Shown: positions 28,477-38,091 of the stretch, one piece after another | Numbering within the stretch: the stretch's first letter is position 1 | Layout: every line of letters starts with the position of its first letter | NCBI GenBank assembly: GCA_963791045.1 | Contig: CAWBQK010000018.1 | Coordinates: 64,001-128,000 of the forward strand | Source of the DNA: Candidatus Latescibacterota bacterium | GTDB taxonomy: Bacteria; Krumholzibacteriota; Krumholzibacteriia; WVZY01 | Length of the DNA stretch: 64,000 bases | Direction of reading: 5' to 3' | The notes under the pieces: generated by a model | What the model was told of the DNA's origin: nothing | Database searches by the model: none | What the model saw: only the letters and a program-made list of their open reading frames with translations | Made by a program: the position numbers and the translations under genes

Positions 28477-31152
28477 ATGATAGGCAAAACTTTTTCGAAT
28501 TATGAGGTTGTAGAAAAAATCGGAGCAGGTGGAATGGGCGAAGTGTTTCGCGCTCGCGACACCAAGCTCGGGCGCGATGTCGCGTTGAAATTCTTGCCCG
28601 ATTCGCTCTCGCACGATCCGGATCGTTTGGCCCGATTTGACCGCGAAGCAAAACTCCTCGCATCGCTCAATCATCCGTACGTCGCGTCGATCCATGGTTT
28701 TGAACATGTTGACGGCAAGCACTTTCTTGTTCTCGAAATGATCGACGGCGAAGACCTGGCCGAACGGCTGACTCGGGGGCCCATTCCCGTTGATGAGACA
28801 CTCCGCATCTGTCTACATGTCGCTGAAGCGCTCGAGGCGGCTCACGAGGAAGGCATTGTCCACCGCGATCTCAAGCCGGGGAACATCAAAGTGTCGTCGA
28901 ACGACACTGTCAAGGTTCTCGACTTCGGTCTCGCTAAAGCGTGGGATTCCGAACCGTCTTCGAGCGATCTTTCGCAGTCGCCGACGGTTCTGGGGAACAG
29001 CCCGACACTCGCCGGTGTCATACTGGGCACGGCGGCGTACATGAGTCCCGAACAGGCCCGCGGCAAGAATGTCGACAAACGTGCCGACATATTTGGATTC
29101 GGATGTGTCCTTTACGAGATGCTCACTGGGAAACAGATGTTCGCGGGCGACACGGTATCGGACACGCTCGCATCCATCCTGAAGTCCGAGCCCGATTGGG
29201 ATGCGTTGCCCTCCGATACGCCGCGAGCGATCAAGAGACTGCTCAGAAGGTGTTTGGAGAAGGACCCTGCGCGGCGATTGAGGGATATCGGCGAGGCGCG
29301 GATTGTCATCGACTCGGTAATAAAGGGCGAAACAACCGATGATATCGTAACGAATGAAACGGTCGCACTGCAAACGTCCGGCCGGAGCAAAATGGCCTAC
29401 GCCGGGTGGGGTTTGTTGGCTGTCGTCGCCGTGGTTTCATCCCTGTTCGCGTTCACGGGTTTTTCAAAAACGTCGCCGTCTGAGATGCCCGTGATGCGAA
29501 CATCGATTCTGCCGCCTGACGGTGTCAGATTCAGCCTTCGCGGAGTTCATCCGGGTCCCGTCGTTATTTCGCCGGATGGCCGCCGCGTTGTATTTACGGG
29601 GCGCCAGACAGGCGGAAAATCGCTTCTCTTTGTACGCGAACTTGACAGCACCGAAGCCAGGGCCCTGATTGGAACCGATAATGCCGGTTATCCTTTCTGG
29701 TCACCCGATGGGCAAAGTATTGGGTTTTTCGCCGATGGAAAACTCAAGCGCGTGGATATCTCGGGTGCACCTCCGCTTGCTCTCTGTGAGGCTCCTGTTG
29801 GAAAGGGAGGGGCATGGAATGAAGATGGGACGATCGTGTTTGCGCCGTCGTTCGCCACGCCTCTGCACAGCGTTCCCGCCGTCGGGGGAATCTCAACACC
29901 GATTACCGAGATGAGACCGGATGAAGGAGAGAATTCCCATCGTTTCCCGCAGTTTTTACCCGACGGAGACCATTTTATCTATTTCGCGCGTCTTGGCGGC
30001 GAAGTTAGCGCGATCCGGTTGAGTTCGGTCTCAGGTGACGAGGACAGGGAAGTTATGCGAGCCACATCAAATGTGGTTTATGCGTCGGAACAAATTTTGT
30101 TTCTGCGGCAATCGACGTTGATGTCGCGGCCGTTCGATCCGGACAAGTTGGGGTTCACCGGTGATCCCGTGCCCGTTGCGGATCCCGTCCGTTTCATTCC
30201 CGGGGCCATGCGCGGGATATTCGATGCGTCTGCCGATGGGATGCTGGTGTACCAGGCGGGATCGAGTATCCCCGGCGCGCAGCTCGTCTGGCGAGATTTG
30301 GATGGTAAGCGACTCGGCTCGCTAGGAGATATCGTCCAGCAGGACAACTATTCGATTTCACCGGACGGTACCAAGGTTGCCGTCGATCTCTTTGACAAGA
30401 CGGGTGGCACCACGGACATCTGGATTTACGATGTGGCCAGAGAAATCCGGAGCCGGTTCACTTTCGATTCCGGGAATGACTCCAACGCGATCTGGTCGCC
30501 CGATGGATCGCAAATCGTGTTTACCAGCACACGGTCGGGAAAAGGTCAGCTTTATATCAAGAATGTCGGCGGCGCGACCAACGAAGAGCCCCTCATCGAA
30601 ACACCTGGTTCGACGTGGCCGACCGATTGGTCCATGGACGGACGATACGTGGTCTATTTTATGAATGACTCGACCAATACGGGGAATGTGTGGGCGCTGC
30701 CTCTCTTTGGCGACCAGAAACCGTTTCCCGTGGTTTCGTCGGGGTACAGCGAATACAACGGACTCATATCGCCCGATGGAAACTGGATGGCCTATGTATC
30801 CGATGAGTCGGGGACCTTCGATGTGTACGTGACATCGTTCCCCGAAGCGGGAAGAAAATGGCAGATTTCCAGCGGGGGGAGCGTTGAACCGCGTTGGGAT
30901 CCGAAGGGCAGAGGGATTTACTACTTCAGTCTCAACGACGAGTTCCATTTCGTCGAAACCAGTCAGGATGCGTCGACGTTTGCCGTCGGAGCGGCGCGGC
31001 TGCTTTTCGAGTCTAATTCCGCGATCTACTACAGGACGGCGCCGGACGGCGAGAGATTGCTTGTTCTCGAGGATGCGGACGAGGGTGGGGTGTCTCCGCT
31101 CACGCTCGTGACAAACTGGACGCGCGATCTCGTTGATCGTCGGAAGCAGTAA
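28477..31152 (+). CDS. Ser/Thr protein kinase, single TM, extracellular TolB/PD40 beta-propellers (tandem paralog)
   Basis: Same motifs and architecture as 25793..28471; starts 5 nt after its stop. Confidence 0.95.
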   Translation: MIGKTFSNYEVVEKIGAGGMGEVFRARDTKLGRDVALKFLPDSLSHDPDRLARFDREAKLLASLNHPYVASIHGFEHVDGKHFLVLEMIDGEDLAERLTRGPIPVDETLRICLHVAEALEAAHEEGIVHRDLKPGNIKVSSNDTVKVLDFGLAKAWDSEPSSSDLSQSPTVLGNSPTLAGVILGTAAYMSPEQARGKNVDKRADIFGFGCVLYEMLTGKQMFAGDTVSDTLASILKSEPDWDALPSDTPRAIKRLLRRCLEKDPARRLRDIGEARIVIDSVIKGETTDDIVTNETVALQTSGRSKMAYAGWGLLAVVAVVSSLFAFTGFSKTSPSEMPVMRTSILPPDGVRFSLRGVHPGPVVISPDGRRVVFTGRQTGGKSLLFVRELDSTEARALIGTDNAGYPFWSPDGQSIGFFADGKLKRVDISGAPPLALCEAPVGKGGAWNEDGTIVFAPSFATPLHSVPAVGGISTPITEMRPDEGENSHRFPQFLPDGDHFIYFARLGGEVSAIRLSSVSGDEDREVMRATSNVVYASEQILFLRQSTLMSRPFDPDKLGFTGDPVPVADPVRFIPGAMRGIFDASADGMLVYQAGSSIPGAQLVWRDLDGKRLGSLGDIVQQDNYSISPDGTKVAVDLFDKTGGTTDIWIYDVAREIRSRFTFDSGNDSNAIWSPDGSQIVFTSTRSGKGQLYIKNVGGATNEEPLIETPGSTWPTDWSMDGRYVVYFMNDSTNTGNVWALPLFGDQKPFPVVSSGYSEYNGLISPDGNWMAYVSDESGTFDVYVTSFPEAGRKWQISSGGSVEPRWDPKGRGIYYFSLNDEFHFVETSQDASTFAVGAARLLFESNSAIYYRTAPDGERLLVLEDADEGGVSPLTLVTNWTRDLVDRRKQ

Positions 31153-31216
31153 ATGGATCGGTAGAGAGAGTATCCGCCGATTCCTCTTCGCCGTGAATTA
31201 TAAGCACGAACCTCTA

Positions 31217-31253
31217 AGCCGCCCCCGCATTCCCGCGGGGTGCGGTTTTTTTT
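31217..31253 (+). terminator. Intrinsic terminator after the kinase pair
   Basis: CCGCCCCCGC-attcc-cGCGGGGTGCGG hairpin followed by T8. Confidence 0.8.
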
Positions 31254-31360
31254 CGTTGAAATGCACCTATTGCCGTGTAACCATCAGCCGGGGAATTGTC
31301 TGCTGGGTGGCGCGTCAGTTTACAAAACGCGAGCGAGGGTTCAACAGGAGGCTTCGGGAA

Positions 31361-32182
31361 ATGAAAGTTGGATTGGTGTTGGGCGGAGGCGGCGCGCGCG
31401 GTTTCGCGCACATTGGTGTGTTGCGTGCCCTCGAAGAGCGAAAGATCGAGCCCGTTGCCATCGCCGGTTGTTCGATGGGTGGAATCATAGGCGCGTTCGT
31501 GGCCCAGGGGGCGGGTTCAGAGGAGATCTACGAGGCGTTCAAAGAACTCAAGCCGCACAAGCTGCTTGATTTCTCGAGCGGCGGAGCGTTGATCGGGGGC
31601 AGAGGGATCGCCGAGCAGCTCGAGGCGCGTCTTCCAAAGAAATTCTCCGACCTGGATCTGCCGCTCCGTGTCACGGCGGTTGATGTTCAAAAGGGCCGCG
31701 TGGTCACATTGTGGGAAGGAGATCTCATTCCCGCGCTGCGCGCGACAAGCGCTGTACCTGGGATATTCACACCCGTGGAACATGGGGAAAACGTTTTGAT
31801 AGATGGAGGGTTGCTGAACAACGTCCCCGTGGACGTGATTCAGGGCATGACCCACGAGCCGGTTATCGCAGTCGACGTGACCGTCCCCCCCAACCGAAAA
31901 CTTATTTTTGAAGACCCGCGCTCTTTTTGGGAAAAACTCAGAGAGCCTTTCCAGGCGGGGAAGCGCCCGTTGTTCATAGAACTGCTGATAAAGGCGTACG
32001 ACATTCCCGCGGCCGTCCTGACCGATATTCAACTGGCGTCTTTGCGCCCGGACTACTTGATTCGTCCAGAACTTGACCCCGACTTGAAGCTCGAGGATTT
32101 CAGGCGGATCGATGAAGCGGTGGATGCCGGATATGAGGCGGCCGTCGCGGTCCTCGATTCGCGCCCTCCGGGCAACGGCTGA
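31361..32182 (+). CDS. Patatin-like phospholipase
   Basis: LGGGGARGFAHIG oxyanion loop, GCSMG nucleophile, IDGG catalytic Asp; AGGAGG upstream of ATG 31361. Confidence 0.93.
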   Translation: MKVGLVLGGGGARGFAHIGVLRALEERKIEPVAIAGCSMGGIIGAFVAQGAGSEEIYEAFKELKPHKLLDFSSGGALIGGRGIAEQLEARLPKKFSDLDLPLRVTAVDVQKGRVVTLWEGDLIPALRATSAVPGIFTPVEHGENVLIDGGLLNNVPVDVIQGMTHEPVIAVDVTVPPNRKLIFEDPRSFWEKLREPFQAGKRPLFIELLIKAYDIPAAVLTDIQLASLRPDYLIRPELDPDLKLEDFRRIDEAVDAGYEAAVAVLDSRPPGNG

Positions 32183-32435
32183 GCCGTCGATCGATGTGTT
32201 CAGGCCATGTGTCCTTCGCCACCTCCTGTTGCGCTGAGCCTATCACCATAATTTGCTCATTGGCGGGTGTTTAAAGCATTTTTGCGCGCAACGGCCGGGG
32301 GTTTTTGTGGCGGCCCCGGTCGTGTTTGCGGTAGAATTTCCACCTGCACTCTACTGTCTGTCTCAGGTCAATCGAATCGTCTGGACACTGGGGAAACGGT
32401 GACTCAACACCGTCCCCGCAAGGAGGAGTTTCTTT

Positions 32436-33764
32436 ATGCGAATGCTCATGTTGTCGCTGTTCGTTGTGGCGGCCCTGGGATCATCCGTCGCGGCGGAAGA
32501 TTTCTTCCCGTTTGCGTTTGAGAACTATACGCTGGACAACGGGTTTAAGACCGTGCTGATTCCCGTCAAGGGAAGCGGTCTGGTTGCTTACTATACTGTT
32601 GTGCGCACCGGAAGCCGTGATGAAGTCGAAGCGGGCAAGACCGGGTTCGCCCACTTTTTTGAACACATGATGTTTCGCGGGACGGAAAAGTACCCCGCGG
32701 ATGTGTACAACCGGCTGGTGAGCGAGATTGGGGCCGACGCCAACGCGTACACCAGCGACGATATCACCTGCTACTACATGGTGATTCCCAGCAAGCAGCT
32801 CAAGACGGCGATGGACCTCGAAAGCGACCGTTTCCAGAATCTCCACTACGAGGAAGGCCCGTTCAGAACCGAAGCGGGCGCAGTGTACGGGGAGTACCGT
32901 AAGAATCTCACGAGCCCGTTCCGTGTGGCCTACGAAAAAATGCTCGATACGGCTTTCGATGTACACACATACAAACATACGACGATGGGGTTCGAAGCGG
33001 ACATCAAACAGATGCCCGAGCAGTATGAATTCAGCAAAGAATTCTTCAACCGCTTTTATCGGCCGGAAAACTGCGTTCTTCTCCTCGTTGGTGATTTCGA
33101 CCCGGCGACGGTCAAGCCGATGATCAAGAATTATTACGGCGCATGGGAACGCGGTTATGAAGCTCCCGTCGTCAAGCCCGAGCCGCCGCAGACCGGCGAA
33201 CGATCGGTGGACGTTGCCTACAGCGGACGCACGCTTCCATTGGTGTGGATGGCGTACAAGGGAGACGCGTTCGATCCCGCCGACAAGATGGTCGTTTCGG
33301 CGTTCCTGCTCGCCGATCTTGCCTACGGCGAGAACAGCGATCTGTACAAGCGGCTAGTGATCCGTGAGCAGAAGGTCCAGTGGGTGGCCGGTGATTTTGG
33401 TTTCAGCCGTGATCCCAAACTCTACGATGTCTACACACGGGTGAATGACGAAGCGGATATCTCATACGTGGTCGATGAAATCGACAAAACCGCGGAGAAA
33501 TTCAAAACGGATCTCGTGACCGTAGAGGATCTCGAGAACATCAAGAAGAGGACGCGTTACAGCTACCTGATGGCCCTGGATACGCCGGATAACGTCGCAT
33601 CGAGACTGGCGCGGATGGTCGCGCTGACCGGCGGGATCGAGGCTGTTAATACGCTGTACGAGACGATGTCGACGATCGGTCCGGAAGACATCCGGGACGC
33701 GGCGAACAAATATCTCCAGAAAGACCGTCGAACCGTCCTGGTTCTGAAAGGAGAGCAGTCATGA
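32436..33764 (+). CDS. M16B (pitrilysin family) zinc peptidase, catalytic subunit, exported
   Basis: Inverted zinc motif HFFEH (GFAHFFEHMMFRGT), NAYT, FYRPEN; signal peptide; AAGGAGG RBS. Confidence 0.95.
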   Translation: MRMLMLSLFVVAALGSSVAAEDFFPFAFENYTLDNGFKTVLIPVKGSGLVAYYTVVRTGSRDEVEAGKTGFAHFFEHMMFRGTEKYPADVYNRLVSEIGADANAYTSDDITCYYMVIPSKQLKTAMDLESDRFQNLHYEEGPFRTEAGAVYGEYRKNLTSPFRVAYEKMLDTAFDVHTYKHTTMGFEADIKQMPEQYEFSKEFFNRFYRPENCVLLLVGDFDPATVKPMIKNYYGAWERGYEAPVVKPEPPQTGERSVDVAYSGRTLPLVWMAYKGDAFDPADKMVVSAFLLADLAYGENSDLYKRLVIREQKVQWVAGDFGFSRDPKLYDVYTRVNDEADISYVVDEIDKTAEKFKTDLVTVEDLENIKKRTRYSYLMALDTPDNVASRLARMVALTGGIEAVNTLYETMSTIGPEDIRDAANKYLQKDRRTVLVLKGEQS

Positions 33765-35257
33765 GAACACTTATCTACGCTTTTTGTGCCTGCGCATTTT
33801 TGATAGGCGCCACGACGGTGACGGCGAAGGACAACATCGTTCTGATGCCCGTGGCCGACGATCCGACCGTTTCGTTCCGCATCCTTTTTAACGTCGGCTC
33901 GCAGAATGATCCCGACGGCAAGGAAGGGCTTGCCGCCCTTACCGCGTCCCTGATCACGGAGGGATCGACGACGAGGCATTCGTACGAAGAAGTCACAGCG
34001 CTCCTTTATCCGATGGCAGCGTCGATCTCCGACCAGGTGGATAAGGAGATGACCGTGTTTTCGGGGCGGACTCATGTGGACAACCTGGATGCCTACTATG
34101 CGCTTTTCAAGGAAGTCCTTCTCGAGCCCGCATTCAGCGAGGATGATTTCAAACGGGTCAAGAATGACTATCTCAATTATATAAAGACGACGATCCGCTA
34201 CTCGCAGGACGAAGAACTTGGCAAAGAGGTTCTCTACGAGTTCGTTTTCAACGGAACGCCGTACCAGCACAACGAAGAGGGTTGGGTCAAGAGCCTCGAG
34301 TCCATCACTCTCGACGATGTGAAATCGTTTTATGCGGCGAATTATTCGCAGGCCAATCTCGTCATCGGTTTGGGAGGCGGTTTTGACAAGAAATTCGCCA
34401 AAACGATAGCCAGTGATTTTGGCGCCCTTCCGAAGGGACAGGCAGCAAAGCTCTCCGCGCCGGCTGCGCCCGCAATCAGCGGACTCGAGATCGAGATTGT
34501 TGAGAAGGACGCCCAGTCGACGGCGATCAGCTTTGGTTTCCCGATCGGCGTGGCCCGCGGCGAAAAGGACTTCTATGCGCTCGCGTTTGCAACCGCATGG
34601 CTTGGCGAGCACAGGAACAGCTTTTCGCACCTGTATCAGGTTATAAGGGAAGCCCGCGGGCTGAACTACGGGGACTACGCTTATATCGAGCATTTTCCCC
34701 GCGGTTACCGCAGACAGTTTCCGCCGGCCAATGTCGCGCGGAGCAGCCAGATATTCCAGGTGTGGCTCCGCCCCGTGCCGAACGACGCGCGTGTGTTCGC
34801 CTTCCGCGCGGCTGTGCGTGAGCTCGAGAGTCTTATAAATGATGGAATGTCGCAGGAAGATTTCGATTTGACGAAGAAATTCCTGAAGGGGTACATCCTC
34901 CATTACGCGCCGACCACAAGCATGAAGCTTGGTTACGCGCTCGACGACCGGTATTACGGAATTAAAAATGGGCACTGGGCCACATATGCGAAGATGCTTG
35001 ACGAGCTGACGCGCGATGACATAAACGCGGCGCTCAAAAAGCACCTTAGTTTCGAAAACATGAAAGTGGTGTTTATCACCGCCGACGCCGAGGGTCTCAA
35101 GAAAACACTCGTGTCCAATGAGCCGTCGCCGATAACGTACCCATCCGAGAAACCCGCGGAAGTTCTTGAGGAGGACAAGATCATTTCCACCTACCCTCTG
35201 GTTATCAAGCCCGAGAAGGTGAGAATCAGGAAGATCGAGGAAGTATTCGAGGGGTAG
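33761..35257 (+). CDS. M16B peptidase non-catalytic partner subunit, exported
   Basis: M16 fold motifs (GSQNDPDGKEGLA) but no HxxEH; IREARGLNY carries the R/Y pair; 4-nt overlap with the upstream gene; signal peptide. Confidence 0.92.
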   Translation: MRTLIYAFCACAFLIGATTVTAKDNIVLMPVADDPTVSFRILFNVGSQNDPDGKEGLAALTASLITEGSTTRHSYEEVTALLYPMAASISDQVDKEMTVFSGRTHVDNLDAYYALFKEVLLEPAFSEDDFKRVKNDYLNYIKTTIRYSQDEELGKEVLYEFVFNGTPYQHNEEGWVKSLESITLDDVKSFYAANYSQANLVIGLGGGFDKKFAKTIASDFGALPKGQAAKLSAPAAPAISGLEIEIVEKDAQSTAISFGFPIGVARGEKDFYALAFATAWLGEHRNSFSHLYQVIREARGLNYGDYAYIEHFPRGYRRQFPPANVARSSQIFQVWLRPVPNDARVFAFRAAVRELESLINDGMSQEDFDLTKKFLKGYILHYAPTTSMKLGYALDDRYYGIKNGHWATYAKMLDELTRDDINAALKKHLSFENMKVVFITADAEGLKKTLVSNEPSPITYPSEKPAEVLEEDKIISTYPLVIKPEKVRIRKIEEVFEG

Positions 35258-35296
35258 CTGCCGTCTCGGCAGAGGATTGTCCTTGTGGTCATCGAC

Positions 35297-35336
35297 AAAA
35301 CGACCGCCGGACCCATATGGCTCCGGCGGTCGTTTT
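35297..35336. terminator. Bidirectional intrinsic terminator between convergent genes
   Basis: AAAACGACCGCCGGA-cccatatggc-TCCGGCGGTCGTTTT. Confidence 0.88.
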
Positions 35337-35382
35337 CTGTTCAGCGAGTCAGTTTCTGGTTTCCCTCACGGGTCTGCCCGCG

Positions 35383-37782
35383 CTATTTGAGCATCACCGC
35401 CTTGCGGGTCATTTCAAATGTTGCCGCTTTGACTTGAATCAGATAGATGCCGGTTGCGATCTCGATGCCGTGCTGATCCCTTCCGTCCCACGCGAGCTGA
35501 TGCAGGCCTTCCGAAAGGGAGCCGTTTTCAAGTTCCCGAACAAGTGTGCCGCGCACATCGTAAACACGGACACTCACGGTCTGTCGGGCAGAAAGCTCGA
35601 AAGACACGGTTGTTGTCGGGTTGAATGGATTCGGGTAGACCGAGAGATTTGCCGGAACCGCCACGGGTCGGTCATTGGCATCATTACCGCCCCCCAACTG
35701 TATCTGAATCGATCCGTCGACGATTGCCACCGGCGTGCCGAGTTCGAAGATATTCGCGACGAGATATTCGGCGCCGTCCCTCGTTTCAAAATGGAGCCCG
35801 ATGGGGCCGTGGGGACTGCGTTTCTTGATCTTGTCTTTGCCTGAATTGTCGACGCTCATCACGGAGCGTATAGCCTCGAGATCGGCGACATCGTAGAAAA
35901 CGGCAAGATCTTCGAGCCCGTCACCATTGATGTCGATCTCGCGACTATCGATCGGCCGGATCGTTCCTAGCCCGTTTCCGACATAGATGTGATGAAGGTC
36001 AATCTCGGTCGCCTTAAAGCCGTCGCGGGTGACGACAAATGTCCGATTATCGCCCACTTCGATGATTCCCAGTTGGCTTGGAATCACCACGGCAAACGAT
36101 TCGCTGGCGCCATCCAGCTCTGATCCATCACTTGAATAGCCGCCGGAGCAGAATGCGATTCCCGAATGGTCGTGGGGAACGCGTACCGCCACGGTCATTG
36201 TCGACGAGTTGCCGGAAGCGTCCGTGGCCACATAAACGACGTGGTATTCCCGTCCGAATGAGTTGCCTTTCCGTTCGGCTCGAAGGCTGAAACACAGGTC
36301 GTCCGTACCAAAGTTCGCATTCTGAATATCATCGACGGTGTTGCCGTCGCCTGTGCCGTTGTCCGGTTCGTTGCTCGTGATGGAAGCCAACACGAATGTG
36401 GGCGCCGGATCGGAGTTGTCGGTCACCACTACCGTTGCGCATACCTCCACCATCTTGTGGTTCGGCGGCCACAGCACGGTTCGATCCAGGTCAACCGTAA
36501 TTACCGGTGGCGTCGTATCGGCTACAGGCTGGTTTTCAGCATTAGGCGTGTTGTAGGCCTCACCGTATTCCGGCGTTCCGATGAAGCCGGGCAGCCCTTC
36601 GCCGTCATAGTCGTTCCGGACCCAGTCGGCTACGGAGTCGGTGTCGGTTCCATTGGGAATCCGTGATGCGCCGCCCGGCGTGTATGTTCCACCGTCAAAA
36701 TCCGCCGTGAGCGCGACGGGCGAATACACCCAGTCGGTTGGACCTCCATTCAGTATACCGACGCTATCGACAATGCGACTGAACGGGAGTTCCTCAGGAA
36801 TTCCATCGTTGTTGGGATCGAGGTCCTGCCCCACAAAACCGACGAAATTCTCGACGACAAGCAGTGTCATCGTTCCGTTTTCGATAACGTTGTTGAAGTA
36901 ACCGATGGTCCAAAATCCGTCCGCATTCGTCATTCCAAGACGATGAACATAATCGATCCGCCCCGCGTTCAGGCCATCGCCTTCAATTTCGATAAGGTAG
37001 AAGCTGGTGTAAATGGTGTTCGGCTCTCCGAATATTTCGATGAACTCGTGGGTATCGATCCCCGTATGGTTCGCGACGAACTCATTGATAATCGGGTCCG
37101 GCGTCGGAATGACCGGTTGGTTGGTGTTGCCCGGTGTGTTGAGAGCTTCGCCGACCGATGGTGTGCCCGCAAAGCCCGGCAGCCCATCACCGTCGAAATC
37201 GTTGCGCATCCAATCGCTGACCCCGTCGGTATCCGTGGCGTCCGGAATTCTCGAGGCACCGCCACAGGTATACGAAATCCCATCGAAGCCCGGGGCAAGC
37301 GTTGTCGCGGCGTACGTACGGTCGCTCGACCCTCCGTCACTCACGGCTATATCGTCGAACACCATGAGCCACGGCGTCGTGTCAAAAGTGCCGTCATTGT
37401 CGGTGTCGAGATCGTCCCCAACGTTACCGGTAAAATTGTACACCAGAAGCAGCGTGACCGTACCATTCTCGACAATGTTGTTGAAAAATCCGGTCGTCCA
37501 GTATCCGTTGGCGTCGGTTGTTCCAACGGGGAAAACACCGTCGATCGTTCCGGCAACGGTGGCGTCACCATCGATTTCGAGGATTGTGAGATCCGACAAG
37601 TCGGTGTTCGGGTCGCCCCACACCTCGACAAATTCGTGCGAGTCGGTGCCCGTGTGGTTGAACACAAACTCGTTTATCAAAGCATTTATAGATGACATGG
37701 CTGGAGCTGGCTGCCAGAGTGACAGACAGACGACGGCCGCCACGAGACAAAAATGAGCCAGACTGGCCGAAAGCCTGTTCAT
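35383..37782 (-). CDS. Secreted protein (799 aa): two tandem lamin-tail-like domains, Ig/HYR-like domain, FlgD-Ig/CTD
   Basis: True start ATG 37782 after AGGGGGA; signal peptide. Two ~195-aa repeats begin INEFVxNHTGxD.HEF(V/I)E. DTTPPVIT...LWPPNHKM; YPNPFNPTTT...ATGIYL...RKAVMLK. Confidence 0.85.
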   Translation of the reverse strand: MNRLSASLAHFCLVAAVVCLSLWQPAPAMSSINALINEFVFNHTGTDSHEFVEVWGDPNTDLSDLTILEIDGDATVAGTIDGVFPVGTTDANGYWTTGFFNNIVENGTVTLLLVYNFTGNVGDDLDTDNDGTFDTTPWLMVFDDIAVSDGGSSDRTYAATTLAPGFDGISYTCGGASRIPDATDTDGVSDWMRNDFDGDGLPGFAGTPSVGEALNTPGNTNQPVIPTPDPIINEFVANHTGIDTHEFIEIFGEPNTIYTSFYLIEIEGDGLNAGRIDYVHRLGMTNADGFWTIGYFNNVIENGTMTLLVVENFVGFVGQDLDPNNDGIPEELPFSRIVDSVGILNGGPTDWVYSPVALTADFDGGTYTPGGASRIPNGTDTDSVADWVRNDYDGEGLPGFIGTPEYGEAYNTPNAENQPVADTTPPVITVDLDRTVLWPPNHKMVEVCATVVVTDNSDPAPTFVLASITSNEPDNGTGDGNTVDDIQNANFGTDDLCFSLRAERKGNSFGREYHVVYVATDASGNSSTMTVAVRVPHDHSGIAFCSGGYSSDGSELDGASESFAVVIPSQLGIIEVGDNRTFVVTRDGFKATEIDLHHIYVGNGLGTIRPIDSREIDINGDGLEDLAVFYDVADLEAIRSVMSVDNSGKDKIKKRSPHGPIGLHFETRDGAEYLVANIFELGTPVAIVDGSIQIQLGGGNDANDRPVAVPANLSVYPNPFNPTTTVSFELSARQTVSVRVYDVRGTLVRELENGSLSEGLHQLAWDGRDQHGIEIATGIYLIQVKAATFEMTRKAVMLK

Positions 37783-38091
37783 ACAAGTCCCCCTTTTGAA
37801 AAAAAACACAATCGCGATGACGGACAGGTTTGTCCGAATGTCAGGAATGAGAGAGATGAGGTTTGATCGATGGATGCTGCGCCAGTGGCGATTAGTATAC
37901 GCTAAATTGCTTGTATTTTCAAGGAGTATGAACGGTTTAGGCAGGCCAAAGTCGGTTTGAAAGCGAGGTGTTGACGGCGAAACTGGCGGCGTGCAATTTT
38001 GACCAAAGTTCGATACAATTCGGTGCATGGCGAAATGTTGGGGGCAGCCACGAGGAAACTGCGGCCGAATGAAATGCACAAAGGAGCGGGT

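Noticed and set aside
31133-31360. N-terminal extension of the patatin ORF
   Set aside because: It crosses a terminator; RBS and family start motif point to 31361.
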